The position numbers and the translations under genes were made by a program. A DNA stretch of 64,000 bases from Vicugna vicugna (lineage: Eukaryota): positions 784,995-848,994 of the forward strand of contig MU058645.1 in the NCBI GenBank assembly GCA_013265495.1. The letters are read 5' to 3'. Shown here piece by piece: positions 1 through 12,462 of this stretch (the first letter of the stretch is position 1; every line of letters begins with the position of its first letter). The notes beneath the pieces are model-generated. The model was not told the DNA's origin. It saw nothing but the letters and a program-made list of their open reading frames with translations, and did no database searches.

Positions 1-237
1 CGGGGTAGAGGGTGGGAAGGGATAGACTGGGATTTCAAAATTGTAGAACAGATAAACAAGATTACACTGTATAGCACAGGCAAATATACACAAAATGTTA
101 TGATAAATCACAGAGAAAAAAATGTGACAATGAGTGTGTATATGTCCACGTATGACTGAAAAATTGGGCTGAACACTGGAATTTGACACAACACTGTAAA
201 ATAATTATGAATCAATAAAAATGTTAAAAAAAAAAAA
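1..237 (+). mobile_element. Young lineage-specific (camelid-type) LINE-1 3' end with poly(A) tail; 5' part lies outside the window
   Basis: About 8 differences over about 220 bp from the 3' end of the ORF2-bearing L1 at 26402-26634; AATAAA at 214-219; A-run at 226-237. Confidence 0.9.
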
Positions 238-719
238 GGATGTCATTCATCCATTGTTTACTCCATTTTCATTCATCCATTACTTACCACGTTTTCATAG
301 ACACCAAACTGGATTCCAAGGCTACAGAGGATGATGGAACCCTGCTCCCAACTCAACCCAGGCACATGAATGTTTACTCCCAGCTCTCTTAGGCCGACCC
401 TGCTGGCAAATCTGAAGTGTGCAGATCTGGACTGGGACTCTGGCCATTGAAGTCACCTCCCAGTCATGCTAAGGGGACCTTCTGGCTCGGAGCAGCGAAG
501 GCTGACAGTCAGAGCGTCACACTGTCAGCTGCCAAGACGTGGAGAAGCTCTGTTGCTGGCCACTCCCTGAGGGTCCCAGCGGAGAACTGACTCTGTCCTC
601 TGTCTGCCAAAACAACACTGGGTGAAAACACATGAAATGATCCACCACTTTCCAAAGTGTGGTCACTGTCTTAATAAGCATAAGGTTGTTTTTATGAAGC
701 CATGATATTTTCCAGTAAT

Positions 720-830
720 AAAGGCAGCTAACAAACTATGCAGCCCCCATTCCGTGCCAACACTGTTCTAAGACCCGCTAATGAGTCAAGCCACTTAAAC
801 CTCACATCAGTCCTAGGAGTTGAGCACTGG
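720..830 (-). mobile_element. Degraded MIR SINE fragment
   Basis: Resembles the MIR 3' region in antisense (gtgccaacactgttctaag...aaacctcacatcagtcctagg). Confidence 0.45.
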
Positions 831-837
831 ATCATCA

Positions 838-1211
838 GTTAAGACCGAATTGTGTTCCCAAAATTCATGTTGACTCTCCATCCCCTAAAGTGACTGAATT
901 TGGAGACACGGCCTTTAGGAGGGGATTAGGGTTAAATGAGGTCATGAGGGTGGGGCCCTGATCCAGTAGAACTGGTGTCCTTACAAGACAAGGAAGAGCC
1001 CCCAGAGATGTCTCACTCAGGGGAAAGGCCACGTGCACACGCAGTGCGAAGGCCTTGTCCGTGAGCCAGGAAGCACGCTCTCACAGGACACAGCCCCACG
1101 GCACTCTCACCTTGGACCTCTGGCCACCAGAACGGAGGGAAACTAAATTACTATTGCTTGTTTCACTCAGTCTGTGCTGTTTTGTTACAGCAACCCTAGC
1201 TGACTGATACA
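838..1211 (+). mobile_element. MLT1A/B/C-type MaLR LTR
   Basis: Typical motifs gaattgtgttccc, ttaaatgaggtcatgagggtggggccctgatcc, and the end gttacagcaaccctagctgactgataca. Confidence 0.85.
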
Positions 1212-1728
1212 TTCCCTTTTACAAACTAGGAAAGTGATACCAGTCGTCGGAGACCAGTGCTCAAACAGAGCCCATGTTCTTACGCACTGCACTGCGGCCT
1301 CTCTGCTCAGCAGGAGGGTTTACTAATAAGTCCACACACTCCTCCAGAGGGCTGTTCAGATACCTTCAAGAAAAATGCAACTACATCTGGTTATGGTTTT
1401 GGTCAAGGGTATTCACACTCTGGAAACACTAAGTTTCCCAAAGGTGCTTTTAGAGATTCTGCAAATATTTGAAGTATTTGAAACATTTCTAACAATTAAA
1501 ATATACATATAAAAACAATGCAAAGGCTCCAGTATGTTCTAGATCCATTGCAACACCTCGGGCAACACCAAGTTAACTAATATTATCACTAGTTGATTTA
1601 TTATAAGTGTTATAAAAGTTACTTATGAAATATTTATATACAATTCATGTAATATATAGTATGCAGTGATATATAATACCAAATTTACATAATAAGTGCC
1701 ACCTTAAAGTGTTCTATGTGTGGGTGTT

Positions 1729-2111
1729 TGTCTTAGTCCACTCAGGTTACGATAACAAAACACCACAGATTGTGTGGTTTAAACAACAGAGGTTTATTTC
1801 TCACAGTTCTGGGTGCTGAAAAGTCCAAGGTCAAGGTGCCGGCACAGCCAGTCTCTCTTCCTAGCTTGCAGAGGGCCAGCTTTCTCACATCTCACGTCAT
1901 CTCACACACAGAAAGAGAGAGAGAGAGAGCAAGTTCTCTGGTGTTTCTTTCTCTAAGGGCACTGATCTCATCATGGGGGCCCCATCCCTGTGCCTTGCTC
2001 TGAACCTAGTCACCTCCCAAAAGCCCCATCTCCAAAAACCACCTCACTGGATGTGAGGGCTTCAGCCTGTGAAATGTGTGGGGAGGAGGGGATGCAATTC
2101 AATTCTTGGCA
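1729..2111 (-). mobile_element. MLT1A-type MaLR LTR with internal (GA)n
   Basis: tgtcttagtcc...aacaacagaggtttatttctcacagttctgg...aagtccaaggtcaaggtgcc matches the MLT1 antisense end. Confidence 0.85.
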
Positions 2112-4479
2112 GGTTTCCATCCAGATCATATTTTAAAACAGATTTTTTTTTACTTACAAATCTTGAAAAATCTGCTCTGAGCTATATTCTTTCAGCAACT
2201 AAAAACTTTATTTTTCTGTAGTGTTAAGGTAGATTGCTTGTCAATCTCTATGTTTTAGCAAACATTGACATTACAACTGAGGGGGGGAAATGTTAATTTT
2301 TATTTATTTTCTGGTAGAGGAAGCTCACAATAGTAATGCACACACAAGTCTTTCATTAGCGTGCCTCTGAACATTGCTCACTTTGGAACAGCGTAAAATA
2401 CAAATACGGGAGCTGTGGGCCTCTTACAGCCTCAGATCTACAAGGCGGAGTTCTTGGTTTGAATGCACAGACACATCCGCTGCCAGTGTGCGTGTGACCA
2501 CATGCACGTCAGGAGCGAACGGCTACAGAACCATCCGTTCTCTCATGTAAGTGGTAGGCACACAAAAGTCCTCTACAACCTCCCAACGTGCAGATAGAAA
2601 TCTTTAGTGAACAAGCTTTTATTTTATTTTATTTTACTTAATTTTGTTTATAATTTTGTTCTGAACTTAAGCAGATCCCTTTCCAGCTCAGAACTAGGCA
2701 AATACAACCAAAAAAGGAAGGCTCTGCGGGCGAGTCCAGGGGCCACGTCTCTGGTCATAAGACTCTTGGGCCTCCAGCGCCCTCCACGGTCAGGCGGCAG
2801 ATCTGGCTATTAAGGCCTCCTGCTTGACCACCTCCAAACTCCAGTGGAAGAGGATCAATCCTCAGCAAAATGATGGAATCTCAGATTTCACGCCACAAAA
2901 TACAAAACAAAACCAAAGCTCTCAGCCATGAGTGAAAGCTTGCAAGTAATGCTGCCTTTGACAGCATCACAGAAGCAGGTTTAATTTTTTATAGAAATTG
3001 ACCCCAAATGGAAGAGCTCAGGTGTCTACCGAAGAACATGAAAATTCTGAGAGTTCATAAAATTGCAGCATCCCAGCTTGGTTTTGCAACAATTCAGAGA
3101 CCCCCTTTTCACCTCTGGGGGGGGAATGGAGCACTCTTTATTTAATGTTAACACTGCCAGCCAGCAAGAGCATCTCTACATTTTGTCTCGTGTGGCACTA
3201 GGTGTATAGCTCCTTTGAGCATAAGGTGCAGCCCATACAGCTCAAATCAGGAGGTTAACTCAGTCATGCCTTTCAGGGTTTCAAAAATACAAACTCCATT
3301 TATTATGTGATTTATGTTGCATGTCCTCTGTACCTGGATTTCAGCTATCTGACTATTTCTAAGATGGTCCAAGATCATGAGCGTCGCATGCACCATGACT
3401 TACCTCAGTCTCACCTGACAATCTTCTTGAAGAAGCCCTTGTCCTGTGGTGATTAAGTTTTAGGCAGCATCATCATGAAAAGCACACACTCCCAAGGGTT
3501 TATAGCCATGTCATAAGACTTCACCTGGAACTAAAGGATGCAAGAACTGTTTTTGCACAGCATCACGTACTGAGGACAGTCTAAGAGAAAGCAGCCAGTG
3601 CTTTGAATGATGCATATAAACTGGACCAACCCCACATGCAGCTTGGGGATCAGGCTTCAGAGCAGCAGCCGACTTCTGTGGAGTTACACTGAGGGGTAAC
3701 GCACCTAAGGGACCTCAGCGGGGCAGATGTGTGCTTTCCTGTGTCCCACAGAAAAGGGAAGCCACTTAAGTGGAAGTTTCAAATCAAAGCAGAAGTGCAG
3801 AAAACTTTCCCAACAGAGATTATGAAAAAGAATGTCAATACCTGAAGCAAATCTTCAGATAAGCTTCATTGCCACTTAAACTCTGATTTTCTTGTGCTGT
3901 GGAAGGCAAACAAATTGCCAGATAATACAGTTTTCAAGCAAAATACTGAAACGTGAAAATGCATATGAGGGGAGAGACACAGGGAAAAGTGGAAGCGTGA
4001 TTACAGCCCAGACGCAACCTCCTCATTAGGGCGGCACCGGTAAGGAAAGGTCCCTGCAATCAATTAAAATACATAGTTTTCTTTCCAAATTACTCAGTTC
4101 CTGTCCTAGAGGAAGTCCTGAATGTCTATCTGATACGCAAAGCAAGACCGGAGAAGACAAGGATGTGCTCAAACCCAAAAGAGCCTGTGAAACCTCGGCG
4201 TCCACCCATGGGGTGTTTGAAGCAAAGCAGGCACGCGAGCCTACCTTCTTCTCATTAACTGTCTTGGCGGCTGTAGGCCTTTCACATTCCTAAAAAGTCA
4301 GGGATATGCTGCATCTAGAGAATCGCAGCTTCCCAACCATCTAATAAAGCTAGATCAGTATCGTGATGGCATGGCAGCTCTCAACTCAGAAAGCTGGTAT
4401 TACTTAAGCATTGGGTAATTTCTGCCTAAGCTTGTGGAAGAAATAATATGGAAATAGTGTCGCTGAGACTTCCTGGGAA

Positions 4480-5998
4480 GTGCAGTGATTGCGACAGTGG
4501 GTATTGATAAAAGGAAACGCAAGCGTATCAGTAGAACAGAGCAGAGAGCTCAGAAATAAAGCCACAAGGAGCCAACTGGTCTTCCATTAAAGAACAAAGG
4601 TCAGGTGGACAAAGACAGTCTCTTCAGCAAACAATGTTGGAACAACTGGACATCCAATAAATGAATCCAGATACAGACCTTGCACTCCTCCCAAAAATTA
4701 ACTTGAATTTGGATATTTTATGGATCACAGACCTAAATGTAAACCACAAAACTATAAAACTCCTAGAAGATAATATAGGAGAAAACCTGGATGGCCTCAG
4801 GTAGAATGATGACTTTCCAGATAGTCCATGAAAGGAAGGATGAATAAGCTGAACTTCATTAAAATTAAAACCTAATGCTTTGTGAAAGACAACGTCAGGA
4901 GGCCAAGGAGATAAGCCACAGAGGGGGAGAAAATATTTGCGAAAGACACGTCTCATAAAGGACTAATTCAAAATATACGAAGAATTCCTGAAACTCAACA
5001 ATGAGAAAACAAACAACCCAGTTGGAAAGTGGGCCAAAGGCCTTAACAGACACCTCGCCAGAAAAGATGTACGGATGGCAAGTGGCGTATGAACAGATGC
5101 TCCGCATCATACGTCATCAGGGAAATGCAAATTTAAACAACAACGAGACACCACTACACACCTGTTGGAATGATCCAAATCTGGAACTCTGACAACAGTA
5201 GACGACGGCAAGGGTGTGGCACAACAGGAACTCTCATTCGGTGCTGGTGGGAATGCATGATGCTGTAGTCACTTTGGAATACAGTTTGGCGGTTTCTGAC
5301 AAAACTAAATATATGATCTCCCTACAGTCTAGCAATTGCACTCTTTGGTATTTACCCAAGGAGTTGAAAACCCGTGTCCACACACACACACACACTGTAC
5401 ACAGAAGTTTACAGAAGCTTGGAAATGACCAGGATGTCCTTCAGTAGGTGACTGGATAGATAAACTGTGGTCCATTCCCACCATGGGATATTACTCAGCA
5501 CTAGAAAGAAATGAGCCATCAAACCGTGAGAAGGTCTGGAGGAAACTTACATGCATATTACGAAGTGAAAGAAGCCAATTTGAAAAAGCTGTCTACTGAA
5601 TGGTTCCAACTAAGGACATCATGGAGGCAGTAAAAAGGCCAGTGGTCACCAGAGGTTGGAGAAGAGGGAGAGGGGGGAGTGGGTGCAGCAGAGAGGATCT
5701 TTAGGGCAGTGAAAATATTTGGTATGATTCTGTAGTGATGGATGCATGTCATTGTACGTTTGTCCAAACCCGCAGAAGGTACACCACCAAGGCTGAACTG
5801 TGGACTGTGGGTGATTATGATGTGTCAGTGCAGGTTCATCAGCGGCAACAAATGTGCCTGTTGGTGAACGATGCTGACCTTGGGGAGGCTGTGCCTGTTG
5901 GCGGGGCGGGCAAGGAGTATATGGGAAATCTCTGTATTTTTCCTCTCAATTTTGCTGTGAATCTAAATCTGCTCTAAAAAGACAAGGTTGTTAAAAAA
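4480..5998 (+). mobile_element. Old LINE-1 (L1MC-like): decayed ORF2 3' part plus 3' UTR
   Basis: Frameshifted ORF2p-like peptides in ORFs 5001-5192 and 5214-5447; L1MC-type terminus atgggaaatctctgta...ttttgctgtgaatctaaatctgctctaaaaa. Confidence 0.85.
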
Positions 5999-7861
5999 AT
6001 TATTTTTAATTTATCCAGTTAGTAAACACTGAAAATCTGCATTGCATAGAACACTATCCAGGCTCTAAGAAGGGCTGGTGAGTGGGGAGGCTGAGGAAGC
6101 TGGGAAAGAGGGGAAAGAGGCAGAGAAGGGAGAAAGAAGATAATGTTCAAAAATTAGGAAAAAAATAGAAAGACTGTGGTAGAAACTATGATAAAGTTTC
6201 AATAAATGGAATTTACAAGAAAAATAGAAGAGGAATGGTGATACAAAGATAACCTTAACCATTTCAGAAAAAAAAAAAAACGTATTTTCTGAAGAACAGA
6301 AATAAAGAAAAGAAGATGCGAGGCGACCAAGGGACTCAGCCTCGGTGGGAGCGTGTCATCACTCAGGAGGTCCAGAGCCAGCAAAGACGGCCAGCTCCCA
6401 GGTGTCAGCACTTAATGTTCACTCTCTTTGGCTTGGAGACCCTTTCCTCAGTTTACCACTCTTTGCTGAGAACCCTCTGGTCATTTTCAAGCCCTGCCCT
6501 CCTCCAGGAGCAGGTGGACAGTAGCAAGAGAAAGCCCCACTTGCCGTCTTGCTGGTAACCAACGTCCTCACTTAGCATTTGGTTAGAAACAGATCGAAGG
6601 GCTGAACTAACACTGACTAGGAGCTGATATTCCTTGACTGCGGCCAGTGAGTTTTTATTTATTGAGTACTTACTCCATTCTGAGCATGGAGGGAGCAGGA
6701 CGGCCTCCGAGCCCCATCCACACACCAGCAGGTGTAGACCAGCGCACAGGAGGGGGCGAGGGTCCTCCCGGCTCAGCTCAGAGACCAGGGCTGTGCACCA
6801 GGACTGACATGGGCCAAAGGGCAGAGCCGTCCTGGGGAGCATCTGAGCAAAGCCACAGAGAGGTGGGGCTGGGGAGCATCCAGGCTGGTGGAGGAGGAGA
6901 TGAGTGACAGTAAAAATAAACTGATAAGGAGGAGCTGCGCGGCCTCCCCGTCTGTGACAAGCACTGCTGTGGGCCCTGCTCTCACCCACCCTCGGCGGGC
7001 ACGGGTAGCCTCGCTTAACAGACAGGAAACTGAGACCTGAAAAGCTGAAGTGTTTTTTTCAGAGCCCTGTGTGAAGGCTTGAACCCCAGCACCCCCACTT
7101 TCACTCTCTTGGAGCTGGGGAAACACGTGATTGGGGTGGGGCAGGCTGAAGGACACCCTGAAGTCCTAGTTCATGGGATGCACCCGCACAGAGGTTATAA
7201 GGGCCAATGTCACTCTGAATGGGGACCCAGAGAAACAGCACGATCTTGGAGAGTCCACTGCGGGCAGGGTGGGTGGAGGATTTGCAACACCACGTGTAAA
7301 TGTCAGGTCAATAATAAGACACACTTTCATTTTCAAAGAAATTAAAGTTGGGTGGAAAGAAGACAGGGATAACGTTTCTTCGGTGGCCACCACATCCATC
7401 CTGTCTGGGGAGGGGGGCCTTCAGGTGAAGAGAGGGCGGAGCGAGGCTGTCCCTCAGGAGCAGGATGGGGACAGAGGTCCTGGCCCCCAGGTCCGGGCCT
7501 GTGCCTCCCACTAAGCCTTCAGACGGGAAATCTTTCCAAAAGAGACTGGATGTTCCAAAGGCAGGACAGCTCCTCTGACGAGTCAGGAACAGAGATGCTC
7601 CCTGTGCCGAGGCGCTACAGGGCAGGTTAAGAAAGTGAAAAATTCAGCTAAAAAAAAGTAACTAAAACTTGCGAAGAACTAGCTGAGACACTTGGTTAAA
7701 CACGAGTAGCTCTGGCCGCCCTCTTACCCTAGAACTTGAAATGGTGGGACATTTGAAAATTAACCACTTGTTACAAAACTGGGAAATGCAGTTCAGACTA
7801 AAGGAAGCACATTTCGGTTATCTGTTTAATTTTACTTTTTAAATTTTGTATTGCCTTTTTC

Positions 7862-7984
7862 TTTTTTTGAAGAGGGGAGGTAATTTGGTTTATTTATTTA
7901 TTTTTTTAATGGAGGTGCTGGGGATTGAACCCAGGACCCTGTGCATGCTAAGCACGTGCTCTACCACTGAGCTAGACCCTTCCC
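7862..7984 (-). mobile_element. tRNA-derived SINE (camelid Vic-1-like)
   Basis: Minus strand has A box TAGCTCAGTGG (7964-7974) and B box GGTTCAATCC (7922-7931), then a (AAAT)n/A-rich tail. Confidence 0.85.
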
Positions 7985-7990
7985 ACCCCT

Positions 7991-8053
7991 TTTTTTAATT
8001 GTTATTTTTTTGGAGGGGGCAGGTAATTAGGTTTATTTATTTTATGTTTAACT
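7991..8053 (-). mobile_element. Second, tail-only copy of the same SINE
   Basis: gagggggcaggtaattaggtttatttatttat repeats the tail of the 7862-7984 copy; no A or B box. Confidence 0.55.
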
Positions 8054-8199
8054 GTAATAACATAGGTAAGTAAACAGTATCATTCAGACTCAATGTCCGC
8101 TTCAGAGTACGTAACGTCTTACTTTACTGAGTTGAACACCTTACTAGGTGGTGGCACGGGACGTATGCTGCTTCACGTGGCCTGGTACTTCTCTCTGTA

Positions 8200-8660
8200 G
8201 GAAGCCACCCCACTTCCATTCTGCCCGGCTGGGGACACTCACAGTCTAAGGGAGGCCACAGGAAAGGGTGTGTAACCCCAGCCTGGCCATCTCGCCTCTC
8301 TGTCCCACTGCCCACGAGAGGTGGACACGTGGCCCTGGCAGACCTGGAGACTTCTCCCAAGCTTCCTGTGCAACCAGACAAGGTGCACACTTTCCTCTCG
8401 CCACTGAGTTGCTAAAAGTGGAGAATTTGGCTCCGGGGTCATGATGCACTGATGGTTTTTAGCAGGAGCCAAGAGGAGCTCCTCAAAGTTGAGAGCTGGA
8501 CCGAGGTGGACGCTTCTGCATCAGGACCAGAATCAGGGGCTCCTCTGCGTCCCTGTGAGTGAGTCAGCTTTCTCCCCTGCCTGCTCAGAAAATCAAGACA
8601 GTCCCTTCAGAGTTCAAGCTAACTGTCTGCTTCAGTTAGCTTGGGACCGGAGAACTCTGA
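8200..8660 (+). mobile_element. Old ERVL/MaLR LTR (MLT1K/L- or LTR16-like)
   Basis: Motifs gtgtaaccccagcctggcca and 3' cccttcagagttcaagcta resemble these families; family uncertain. Confidence 0.4.
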
Positions 8661-10149
8661 ACCTCAGTGCCCGCGCACTTCCTTTCAGAAGCCATTTAAC
8701 TGAACTAAGGAGTCTACATGGGGAAGGAAGCAGAGAACATTTTTGGTCACTGGTACAATATGATCAAAGTGATCACTTACGAAGCCCAAAGTGAAAAGAC
8801 TACACAGGATAAACTTAAAAGGAGTCTGTTTGCGAGTGAGAAATCCTGGGTCCTAGACTCCACTGAGGGGACGATTTTAGAGTGGCCCCTGGCCAGTGCC
8901 TGGACTTGGCTGCAGCGGACAAGGAATGAACAGACATACGTTGTAAAGGAAGGAGTGTCAGAACCTGACGCCCTTGGGTTTTTTAGGCTTTCTTCCTTGT
9001 TGTTTGACCTTTTTTTGCTGGAGAGATAGATTTTGTATAGTGAGAATTACAGAGAAGGATCTTCCTGGAATCAAACTCTGGCTGATTTTTTTTTTTTAAT
9101 GTAGACACATCTACTCATACCCTCAAGAGAGAAGTTCCTGATCTACTGGCTCAGGTTCTCCCATGGTGTTCCCCACATGGCATGACACCCTGCCAAGCAA
9201 AGTTCCTATAAATGTCAATAAGCCGAAAACGAGGCTCTGGCATAGAAGCAATGAGACTGGATAAGCCTGTGATTACTGACAGATCTAGATCGTGGACCGG
9301 AAGTCCAATATATGAGCCAACAACAGTGCATGGACCAATTTTCAGGATTAGTCCTGACAAATTAGTATCCTCTTCCCCAATCCCATGCCCAGCTGGCATG
9401 TTTATGACTGTCCCCTTTCCCCTGGCAAGCAATAGAGCAGCTAGATGCTTTGAAAGGTGGTCCACTGTGGATCCAGAAGCAACGAAATCTCAAGAACAAG
9501 TCAGGGATGCTTTCAGCTAATCCATTGTTTGCTGCTTAAAGGAATCATCTTGGAATGTTCACTCTGGTGTCGATTCAGTGAGTAAGACAAGGTTAGCACC
9601 ATCAGCTCCCCAGGACACGATCTCTGCTGTAAGTGACATCAGCCCACACAGATACTTTAGGCTCTACCATCCTGGCTGGTCCAAGACTGAGAGCTTTCCT
9701 AGATGTGGGACTTCTAGTGCAAACACTGAGACAGTTCTGTACAGCTGCTCACCCTATAGAGTAAACAGAAAAGCTGGAAAAAAGGGCATACCCTCAAAGT
9801 TTTCGATTTTGCTTGAGTTTTTCAACTCACTTGAGTTTACTGAACTTAAATATTGATGTCTCCCATTTTCTGGAGTTTTTTAGGTCTAGACTTGATTCTC
9901 CTGACAACTGGGGCCTAGTGGGACAGAAGATGCCTGGAATAGCAGAATGCTTGGGTGCACCTCTGGATACAAAGAAAACAATGCTGAAGGAAGGAGAGCT
10001 CGGCACAGACTAATCAAACATGGCTAGTCTGAATTAAGGAGGATATCTGCATTTTCTGTTCTGAGATATACAAATGTATTATTTCCAGGATGCTAATGTT
10101 GACTACTTGGATTTTTGGAGTGAATTGCTTCAGTGAATAAAATGACATG

Positions 10150-10304
10150 TTAATACTTTGTAGTAACCTATAATGAAAAAGAATATATACATATATATAT
10201 ATATAGTCATATATATAGTATGACTGAATCATTGTGCTGTACACAGAAACCAGCACAACATTGTAAATCAACTATACTTCAATTAAAAAAAAGAAAATTA
10301 AAAA
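10150..10304 (+). mobile_element. 5'-truncated cetartiodactyl-type L1 3' end with TSD
   Basis: Terminus acattgtaaatcaactatacttcaattaaaaa; 11-bp TSD aaaatgacatg at 10139-10149 and 10305-10315. Confidence 0.85.
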
Positions 10305-11231
10305 AAAATGACATGGTTTTGGCAATTCAGTTGTTTTTCAGGAAATGAATCCTTGTTAAGTACTTGGGAAAACTTGAAAACAATTTGACTGAATATTCGG
10401 CCACAGAGGACAGAGGTCACGCAGTCGGGGTCAGGAGACTGTACAAAGAGCATGGGCAATGTCCAAGCAATACCTAGGGAAGAAACCTATTATCCCAGCA
10501 GCCCAGTGCCTTCAGCCCTTTCCCTGAAAGGGACGTGAAGCTGTCCAAGCTGTCCTGAGTCCTAAAAGCAGGCAGGTCACAGTGGACGCTGGGGACACGA
10601 AATTGCATCAACCTCAAAGACGTGTTGCATGCTGATGGCTTAGAGGATAATATGGTGTTGCTCAGATGTGGAACAACTTTTCTAATAAAAAATTCAAGTG
10701 TTACAAGTCTGGGCTAGCTCCCAAGCTCTTAGACTAGATAGTTGGCCCTTTGGAAGGTCAAAGCTTTCCAAGGGAAGTCCCAGTGATAGCCTGAGCCCCT
10801 CCGATGCCTCCAGAAGGGAGGGCTGCCTTGTCAAGCCCCAGGTGGTAACTCACAACTCAGCTGCTTGCTCAGGCTGTGGAGAAGTGGCTCTGTGTATTTA
10901 TTTCTAACATTAGAAACTGAGTCATGCTCTGTTTTAAAGAGTTTTATCATGTTCATCAAAGCAAAGGAATGTCCCCTCTGTGAAACCCAAGAGGAGGTTG
11001 GGAGAATAAATAAGATCTCACTGTATTGAAGGTTTAGGAAAGCAAACTGATACAGTTATGTTGAATAATCTGCACTCAGGCTGATTAATAATTTGGAGCT
11101 GTGACCATCCAGCCACGGGCCCTTTGACACACCCTCTGGTCGGTACCCAAATTGCAGCTGGAGGCTGGACAAGAAATAGTTCCTGGGAGACCAGTCTTGT
11201 GAAACAAAATCTATCAGGTGACTACCAATGT

Positions 11232-11335
11232 CAAGTGCTTGTTGTCCTTGGACCAGCAGCAGTGACGTCACCTGAGAGCTTGGTGGAAATACTGCCCCTC
11301 GGGCCCTTCATCCAGACCTGCTGAATCCCACCTGC
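11232..11335 (+). mobile_element. MER5A-like hAT-Charlie MITE fragment
   Basis: ggaccagcagcagtgacgtcacctgagagcttggtggaaat...ctcgggcccttcatccagacctgctgaatc. Confidence 0.6.
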
Positions 11336-12424
11336 TCTGCTTGTGGTTCTTAAGGATGTCAAAGTCTAAGAAGTGCCAGACAGGAAAGTAGATTGATGGT
11401 CCCAGACCCAAGTCCACTACCATGGATGTCACCCAGCAGCGGGGCCATGTCACTGGCTTGGCCAGTGGTGGCTACAGCAGTGAGCAGTTTGCCAAGAGGT
11501 AATTTAGATGAATGTGCTAAGAAGGCTGGCTTTCACAAACGCTCCCCAAACACTTGCTTGTGAAGACTATGAGTCATGATTTACTTGGCAGTACCTTCGG
11601 TTAATTCAAGTCTTAAGAGTGTGAAAGAATTCTATTTGAACCAGGATGTCAAAAGTGACAAAGAGGCAGGGCTAATTCTTATTTGTGCCATGGAAACCCA
11701 AGCAAAGTAATCACCTCTTCATTCTGAGAGCAACAATTAAACACAACGTTTGTGTAACACTTTTCTCTTGGAAAAGCACTTTGAATGTGCATTACCTTTA
11801 TTGACTGGTAACCAGGGATCTGTCCGAAAATGACATGTAATTACTATTTTAATCTTTATCAGTAACTGGATTTCCTGCCCCCTCCAGTCGTCCTTGTTTC
11901 TCATTCTCCAAACCTGGTGACTTATTCTCGGACTTGCTCTCTAGACCCGGCTGTGGGTCTGGAATCAGAATTCCTCACCAGTCCTCCATCGCCCGGCTGG
12001 CTCCTGGGTGATCCCACATCCTCCGTGACCCCGAGACAGGAGAGCTCAGCAAAGCTGGAGAGAAGAGACAGGACAAATGCTTTGGAACATACTTACATTT
12101 GCTCTCATTTACTGCAAATTCCAACATCTCTCTGCCTTCCTGCAATTTAACCTTGAGGAGAAAATGATTTCAATGAAGTAAAAATATCTCTTGTTCATAG
12201 TTGTGATGAATTTTTTTCTCCCATTAAGAAGTGTTAGCTTGAGCAGTTCATCATAACTCCACCTTCTGACGGCTCGGAGAATATTAATGTCTTTGCCTTT
12301 TCTGTAAATTGCAAAGCTCAGTGGGCAATTTTCCTGAATGAAAATAAGCAAAATTTCTCTAGGATTTATATTTTTCTCTCCTATCTATTTATATACCAAT
12401 GTATATCATTTAGTGTTTTCCTTT

Positions 12425-12462
12425 AAAAAAAAAAAAAGAAAGAAAAAGAAAAAGAAAAAGAA
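12425..12462. repeat. A-rich / (AAAAAG)n simple repeat
   Basis: Read directly from the sequence. Confidence 0.9.

Noticed and set aside
1420-1720. AT-rich segment suggesting a DNA transposon remnant
   Set aside because: No terminal inverted repeats or family motif could be identified confidently
5001-5447. ORFs with protein-like content
   Set aside because: Frameshifted remnants of L1 ORF2p within the 4480-5998 element
6453-6989. 178-aa ORF
   Set aside because: Low-complexity, GC-rich chance ORF; no known motif or supporting splice structure
7920-7984. Possible tRNA gene
   Set aside because: A and B boxes are present but followed by an AT-rich SINE tail, with a diverged paralogue at 41282-41414; this is a SINE head
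9151-9520. Overlapping ORFs of about 100 aa on both strands that look protein-like
   Set aside because: I translated frames on both strands and found no recognisable family, no exon boundaries and no retrocopy hallmarks such as a poly(A) tail or TSD
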